Shown one piece after another: positions 56,484-64,000 of a stretch of DNA of 64,000 nt. Positions within the stretch are counted from its first letter, which is position 1; every line of letters starts with the position of its first letter. The position numbers were made by a program, and so were the translations under genes. Source of the stretch: Auanema rhodensis (lineage: Eukaryota; Animalia; Nematoda); contig OZ059900.1 of NCBI GenBank assembly GCA_964057225.1, positions 10,478,001 to 10,542,000 of the forward strand, in the 5' to 3' direction. The notes beneath the pieces were generated by a model, which was not told where the DNA came from, ran no database searches, and was given only the letters and a program-made list of their open reading frames with translations.

Positions 56484-59400
56484 TCACCAATTGGTCTTAT
56501 CTGTGCATATTGGCTCAGTTAAACCATCATTTACAGCTTTGGAATCTTCTACAACTTCGAGCCGACTCTCATTCAGCTCAGGTTTAATTCCAGAAGTATC
56601 AGCGTCTTTCACAATGGGCAAGTCTTCGAATAGAGAGCTGTCATCCTGATTATAAGTTAATATAGATTTTATAAATGTTTAATAGAAAACTCACCAGTGA
56701 AATACTGAGACTAAATAGCCTATTACACCTTTCTCTTCTAGCAATAACAAAAGCCTGAATTGAAGTTTTTTTGCAAATAAAGTTATTTATCCTACTAACC
56801 TTCATTTCATCATCTAAGTCTTCAAAAGTAATAGTGTTCCTTTCTAAAATGTTATTGGCAGATCCAACATTAGCATTTGCTTCAGAACAATTCTGCGCTT
56901 CAAAATTGTAAGTATCGGCAGAGTTTGCCTGATCCAGCGACCATTCCAATAGAGTGTTTTCATCCTGATTATAAATTATTATAAATTCTATAAATGTTTA
57001 AGAGAAAACTCACATAAGTAATACTGAGTCTGAATAGCCTATTACACCTTTCTCTTCTAGCAATAACAGTAGCCTGAATTGAAACTTTTTTGCAAATAAA
57101 GTTATTTAGCAAACTAACCTTCATTTCATCATCTAAGTCTTCAAAATAGATGGCCCTCCTCTCTGGAATAGCATTAGTAGAATCCTCATCACTTTTCGCT
57201 TCAGCAATTATTTGAACGTTATTATCAGAATTGTCAGCCGCAATATTTTCTCCAAGAGATTTTCGTTTTTTTTCGCATGTTTCAGTATTTGTCATTTCAA
57301 CATCAACAGCTATTTCTTTTTCATAATCTTGGGCAATTCTGGTCTCTAAAGGAAACCCAGGTTCCCTCTTGAGAATATGTTTTTGCAAACATTCTGAGAA
57401 TTTCGTAAAACCAGCAGAAACCGTTTTAGTGCAGTTTTCATTATTAATCTCCTATAATACAGTTTGTAAGTAAATATACAAATATACAGTTGCATCTTAC
57501 GTGTTTGTTGTCGAGTTTTAATTTAAAATTCATAGGTTCTTCAGTGAGCTTAATCTAGAGAATATAAATTTTTAAACAAATATATTTAATATAACTTACT
57601 GCATTATCATATATAGAAATAGATGTGTCGTTTTCAGCACTACTTTTGTTAAATGTCTCAATCCTGCTTTCATTGAAAACTTTCCTATTCTATATATTAT
57701 ATTCATAAAAAAAGAACATTTTTGATTAATATTACAGTATCGAGGTCGATATCCCGTTGTCTGATAAGTCTTGGCACTGGTTTTTCATTTAATTTCACCT
57801 AAACAATGAAACCAACTTGATGAATTACTTGTTTCATTCTCTTAAACCTGTAAGTCATCATCTGCGAGATATCCACTCAATTCCAGGTCAGAGTTAGTAG
57901 TTTCCTTCAAGTTCAAATAAAAGCTTAAAAATAGTATATTCCAACTTACAACTCCTCGATGTTGTTCAACTTTCGAATGAGCTCTCAAAAGCACTTTTTT
58001 GAGTAAAGTCTAACAATGCAAATTGGATTGTAAACATAACAATATGCTCGAACTCACCGTTTTTGTGCTGCTCTTCTGTTGCCTTTTCTGATAAGAAAGT
58101 TTAAAGCTCATGTCAATATCGGATGATGTTTCATTCTGCAAACGCATTGCAGAAAAAATGAAATGAGGGAAGAGAATTTTTTACCAGCTTTTGTGGAGTT
58201 TTCTCATCTTTGCATGAGCGCAACGAGTTTGTGTACATTTCCTTGTTCAGACCATACTGTATATACGTAATTGAAAAAAAAAACTGTTTGAACTAACACT
58301 TTGGAACGGAGAGATATTCCAACTTTGGTTTATATCTTCTGGCAAATCAAGTGAATCTCCTGGATTGAATTCGTTAGAGTCATCATGAGGCGACTCTGTG
58401 CTTTCTTCCTGAATAAATAAAAATAATTTCAAAACGATTGAGCTTAATAATCTAACAAGTTTCTCTGATTGTCTCGTGTTATTGAAACTTCCAAAAGGTG
58501 AATTCTAAAAACATCAATTTATGAAACATTCTAGACCTTCAACTCAACTAATGGTGTTTTGGAAAAGTATTCAGTTCGATCAGGAGAAAATTCATTTTTC
58601 TTTAATCGCTGAAACAGAATGTTTTGAAATCAATAACTGATTAAGGCTAGAATTGGTTTTGGCAGAAATTATGATTAAAAAAAAGTTTCTTCTTCACCAG
58701 ACATTAGTATAAATGTTTGTATCATCTCCAACTTACATTCAAACTTTCGAATGTCTCTAAGTCCATGCTAAGGTCTATGTCAGATAGTGTCTCGTTCTTG
58801 AAAAAAATCGGGTGATTCATTGAATTTTTCGGTACTGTGAACTCACAAAAGATAGTTTCCGCTCCAATTTTTTAGAAGAACGGCTCATATCATATGTAGA
58901 ATTGTTCTTTAAGAAAATTTTGTTTTGTGTTCTGAAAGTGCTCTTACTTCAAATTTACCCGCCTTTCTCCTTGAAGTAATGTAATCATATTTATCCTCTT
59001 CCGCTTCAGACAATTTTCGACTTTCATTGAACAGCACTGATGCTTCATTTATAGTAACGTTCATAGTCGTGTTCATAATCATGTCCATAGTCATGTTCAT
59101 GTTTTCTGGTGTCTCATTCTTTGAAAATTTTTTATAAATTGGGAGATTCATGAAATTTCAACTCACAAGGCCATCTGAAGGTCCGAACATCTGAATAGTG
59201 TCCGTAGTCATGTTCATAGTATTGTTCATAATCATGTCCATAGTCATGTTCATTTTGTCCGGTGTCTCATTCTTTGAAAATTTTTTATAAATTGGGAGAT
59301 TCATGAAATTTCAACTCACAAGCTCATCTTGAGGTCCGAACATCTGAATAGTGTCCGTAGTCATGTTCATAGTAGTGTTCATAATCATGTCCATAGTCAT

Positions 59401-61836
59401 GTTCATGTTTTCTGGTGTCTCATTCTTTGAAATTTTTTTATAAATTTGGAGATTCATGAAATTTCAACTCACAAGGCCATCTGAAGGTCCGAACATCTGA
59501 ATAGTGTCCGTAGTCATGTTCATAGTATTGTTCATAATCATGTCCATAGTCATGTTCATTTTGTCCGGTGTCTCATTCTTTGAAAATTTTTTATAAATTG
59601 GGAGATTCATGAAATTTCAACTCACAAGCTCATCTTGAGGTCCGAACATCTGAATAGTGTCCGTAGTCATGTTCATAGTATTGTTCATAATCATGTCCAT
59701 AGTCATGTTCATTTTGTCCGGTGTCACATTCTTTGAAAATTTTTATAATTTCCGAGGTTCGTGAAATTTCAACTCACAAGCTCATCTTGAGGTCCGAACA
59801 TCTGAATAGTGTCCGTAGTCATGTTCATTTTGTCCGGTGTCACATTCTTTGAAAATTTTTATAATTTCCGAGGTTCGTGAAATTTCAACTCACAAGCTCA
59901 TCTTGAGGTCCGAACATCTGAATAGTGTCCGTAGTCATGTTCATGTTGTCCGGTGTCTCATTCTTTGAATATTTTTATAATTTCGGAGATTCATGCAATT
60001 TCAACTCACAAGCTCATCATGAGTTCCGAACATCTGAATAGTGTCCGTAGTCATGTTCATAGTCGTATTCATACTCGAATTCATAGTCGTGCTCATAATC
60101 ATGTCCATAGTCATGTTCATGTTTTCTGGTGTCTCATTCTTTGAAAATTTTTTATAAATTGGGAGATTCATGAAATTTCAACTCACAAGCTCATCTTGAG
60201 GTCCGAACATCTGAATAGTGTCCGTAGTCATGTTCATAGTATTGTTCATAATCATGTCCATAGTCATGTTCATTTTGTCCGGTGTCACATTCTTTGAAAA
60301 TTTTTATAATTTCCGAGGTTCGTGAAATTTCAACTCACAAGCTCATCTTGAGGTCCGAACATCTGAATAGTGTCCGTAGTCATGTTCATGTTGTCCGGTG
60401 TCTCATTCTTTGAATATTTTTATAATTTCGGAGATTCATGCAATTTCAACTCACAAGCTCATCATGAGTTCCGAACATCTGAATAGTGTCCGTAGTCATG
60501 TTCATAGTCGTATTCATACTCGAATTCATAGTCGTGCTCATAATCATGTCCATAGTCATGTTCATGTTTTCTGGTGTCTCATTCTTTGAAAATTTTTTAT
60601 AAATTGGGAGATTCATGAAATTTCAACTCACAAGCTCATCTTGAGGTCCGAACATCTGAATAGTGTCCGTAGTCATGTTCATAGTATTGTTCATAATCAT
60701 GTCCATAGTCATGTTCATTTTGTCCGGTGTCACATTCTTTGAAAATTTTTATAATTTCCGAGGTTCGTGAAATTTCAACTCACAAGCTCATCTTGAGGTC
60801 CGAACATCTGAATAGTGTCCGTAGTCATGTTCATTTTGTCCGGTGTCACATTCTTTGAAAATTTTTATAATTTCCGAGGTTCGTGAAATTTCAACTCACA
60901 AGCTCATCTTGAGGTCCGAACATCTGAATAGTGTCCGTAGTCATGTTCATGTTGTCCGGTGTCTCATTCTTTGAATATTTTTATAATTTCGGAGATTCAT
61001 GCAATTTCAACTCACAAGCTCATCATGAGTTCCGAACATCTGAATAGTGTCCGTAGTCATGTTCATAGTCGTATTCATACTCGAATTCATAGTCGTGCTC
61101 ATAATCATGTCCATAGTCATGTTCATTTCGTCTACTGTCTCATTCTTTGAATATTTTTATAATTTCGGAGATTCATGCAATTTCGACTCACAAGTCCATC
61201 TTGAAATCCAAATATCTGAATGGTATCCGTAGTCATGTTCATGTTTTCTGGCGTCTCATTCTTTGAATATTTTTATAAATTGGGAGATTCATGAAATTTC
61301 AACTCACAAGCTCATCTTGAGGTTCGAACATCTGAATAGTGTCCGTAGTCATGTTCATAGTCGTATTCATAGTCGAATCCATAGTCGTGCTCAGAATCAT
61401 GTCCATAGTCATGTTGATTTCGCTTAGTGTCTCATTCTTTGAATATTTTTATAATTTCGGAGATTCATGCAAGTTCAACTCACAAACCCATCTTGAGGTC
61501 CAAAAATATCAATGGTATTTGCACTTACGTTCATGTTAGAAGAAGAATTCTTCTAGAAAAAATTGAGTAACATTTAAATATTCTCTAATTTCAAACACAC
61601 AGTTATATATTCAGTATCATGACCGGTCTGTAAACTCTCAACTGCAACTTTAAACTAAATAAGATTAAAAAATATCAATGCTTTACAGTTTTGTTTTCTA
61701 AAGGAAAAAGCACTTGCATGTCTCTTAAGGTAGTTGGACTGAAGGCAGGAGATACAACAGAAAAATCAAAACTGTCGTCAACAGCCTTGGGTGTTGAGAA
61801 TGATAACATAGTAACTTTGGAAGTATGGTTCTCCAT
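56484..61836 (-). CDS. KNL-1/Spc105-like kinetochore-scaffold-like protein, ~1,200 aa, ~37 exons, Met/Thr-rich MELT-like repeats
   Basis: ATG at 61836 (MENHTSKVTMLSFSTPK...) with an in-frame stop upstream. A continuous frame runs through short GT-AG introns to TGA at 56486-56484. Repeat exons encode e.g. NETPDKMNMTMDMIMNNTMNMTTDTIQMFGPQDEL (MxxT/MDM motifs plus DTxxxF). C-terminal DEMKAFVIARRE resembles C. elegans KNL-1 DEREAIMIARKD, and its NDTMAMF-type repeats, as recalled from memory. The gene structure is well supported; the family call is moderate. Confidence 0.6.
56641..57145 (-). repeat. Intragenic direct duplication (~186 bp x2, period 319) covering exon end + intron + 60-nt exon + intron
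   Basis: 56641-56826 vs 56960-57145; both encode FEDLDDEMK|A(F/T)VIARRERCNRLF. Confidence 0.9.
59052..61552 (-). repeat. Coding minisatellite: 17 exon+intron cassettes (units 116-177 bp) with a nested 12-bp ATGAACATGACT-type subrepeat
   Basis: Recurrent 47-48-nt intron gtgagttgaaat...ttcaaag alternating with exons of 69 (x7), 105 (x6) and 129 (x4) nt. Confidence 0.93.
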
Positions 61837-61895
61837 TGCTTTAAAGGTTTTGCAAAAGTGTTAATGACAAGTCTAAAGTAAATATAATCAAATTC

Positions 61896-62195
61896 ATAAT
61901 AATCTTTAACAATATTAAAAACTCAAAGCCTATTGTCTAGTACAACAACAATGCTTCCATTAATTCAAATTATAAACTTTTAGCATAATAGTTAATATAA
62001 GAAAATAGTGGCGTACTTATAGATTGGTATCGTGGATGATACAAATCCTGATAATAATCTTTAACAATATTGAAAACTCAAAGCCTATAGTTTACTACAA
62101 CAAGGATACTTCAGTTAATTTAAATTATAAACTCTTAGCATTATAGTTAATATGAGAAAATAGTGGCGTACTTATAGAATGGTATCGTGGATGAT
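61896..62195. repeat. Diverged direct tandem duplication (145 bp x2, period 155) upstream of the KNL-1-like gene
   Basis: 61896-62040 vs 62051-62195 (ataataatctttaacaatatt...tagtggcgtacttataga.tggtatcgtggatgat). Confidence 0.9.
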
Positions 62196-64000
62196 TCAGA
62201 ATCTTTAGACTATTTGACTACTAGGAATATGAATGAGATAGAAACATTTCGGTTGATGTAGAGCCAAGCACATGTTTAATTTCACATAATATTACATAAG
62301 AAACAAGAATAACGAAATAAATACATGTTGTGATTAAATAAAAGCTATAATATAAATGAAATATTAATAAAGGATGTAAATGTTGCATAAAGTTGTATAA
62401 ATATCTGAATTAGGATAAACAGAATGACAAAGCGAAAGCAATTTGAATGTACAGTATGGCGTAAACATATTGTTTGTATTTTGAACACATTTAAATTATG
62501 TATTTGATCTATATAGTGCTCAATAGTATCCCATAGGCATTTGCTTTCTTTTTTGATTTTTTGAATTGATTTGCTACATAATATTTGGTAAAAAATAAAT
62601 GCTTGTTCTTTGATCATTTGACATAAAAAAAATAATTTATAATAATTAAAATGAGAAATATTAATAATTGCTCAATATAGTATGTATAAGATTTTTCTTC
62701 TGTTTTTCATTGAACTTTATTTTTAAAATCCAATTATTAATTAAATTATTAATTAGTTGAAATTATTAACTATGTAGTTTTTTTAAACAAATTTCCGATT
62801 ATTTGGATTTGCTTCATACTCGTCATTGATATAATATAATTGAATTTTTTGAATTTATGTAATATTAATACTAATTATCAGTCTTTTACGTTTTTTTTTG
62901 ACTATTTTTTACTATTTTATTAGAAAATTATTTGAAAAAATATTTATTAACAAATGCTAATTAACACCGAAACTGAATCAAGCATATAAGTTTCACAACG
63001 TTTTATGAAAAAATAGATAATATAATAAGACAAAACAAATAAAAAGTAAGAAATTATCCTCATTTCTTTATATTTCAAAGATGTACACACAAAAAACAAC
63101 ATCAAAACTAATACTTTAATCTACATGCCCTCTATTTCTAAAATTTGCGGTAAATTCGTGGAAAGCGTGTTAAAATGCGAGTTGTTCACCTTCAGAATCA
63201 AATAATATCGAGGTTGTTTCTAAGATTTTATTAAGGCTGTTTCAAGGATCCCCATATCTTGATAATAATGGATTGTAGTTGTAGAAACCATAGAAAAAGA
63301 GAAAAAAAGAAATGAAAGAATAAAGTTATTTTAGGCAAGAGTTGGTGAGATGGCTGAAATTAGAACGTGGAATATTTGACATTGTTTCATGACAAGCAAA
63401 GATAAATAGTCGTGTACTTTGCCGGACAGTTCTCTACAACCTCACATCTGCGGACTCTCTAGTACAGCGGTAAAGACTATAACCTCCCCCGCTCTTCAGT
63501 GACAAGTCGGTATTTGCTCGCACAAAAGACTACGAGAAGTCAAGTTGATGGACGTTTAATAGACCACCCGTAAACATTAATCAATGACACATCAGTTTTG
63601 CAAGGGCAGAAAGTATAGCTATCAACGTTTCCGAAAAGCGATTAAGAAGAAAACAGAGTATGAAAAGATGAAGAAGAAGATAAAAAAATAGATTTGATGA
63701 CATACAAAGAGAAATTCCGAATTAGTGAACAAACGTGAGATCATACAAAATGAAATTCGAAAATCTATTCGTAATATCTTTCAAAACAATAAAACTTTTA
63801 TATTAGTCTTGAACTTATTATTAATTTAATTGTAAAGACAATTAATTATACTAACTAAAGCTTGTATTTGGCTTTTTTATTCAAACAAATTGATTATTCT
63901 TGAAAAATAGCTCTCAAATGTTTTTCTTCTTTCATAACTTTAAAGTTCCAAAACCTTTTTTATAACCATTACTTCTAAGAAAATGAAAGCTTTCAACATT

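Noticed and set aside
56581-56600. ggtttaattcc resembling the SL1 5' end
   Set aside because: Only 9 nt match, no SL RNA donor/Sm structure, and it lies antisense within a coding exon.
59953-61539. Plus-strand His-rich and Met/Val-rich ORFs (MSHSLNIF..., MSVVMFIV...)
   Set aside because: Antisense shadows of the minus-strand repeat exons; splice signals are all on the minus strand.

Overview
Eukaryotic, AT-rich genomic DNA, most likely a (rhabditid) nematode. This is inferred from the U5 sequence style, a nematode-type snRNA promoter element and mostly 41-51-nt GT-AG introns. Positions 1-53331 are a near-homogeneous head-to-tail array of a 371-bp unit that runs off the left edge. The unit is not a plain satellite, and its 67/73-aa ORFs are spurious. 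Each unit is a complete U5 spliceosomal snRNA gene: a PSE at about -65..-43, then a ~119-nt U5 with invariant loop I CGCCUUUUAC and a 3' GNRA hairpin. There are 143 full copies plus one partial, and essentially all carry a non-canonical Sm site (UCUUUUUGG instead of AAUUUUUGG). Right of a sharp array boundary lie two intron-rich minus-strand genes. One is a ~515-aa uncharacterised coiled-coil protein (55477-53570). The other is a ~1,200-aa KNL-1/Spc105-like protein (61836-56484) whose MELT-like repeats are encoded by 17 tandemly duplicated exon+intron cassettes; all ~36 of its introns are phase 0 in my manual model. Family assignments rest on remembered reference sequences; no searches were run.
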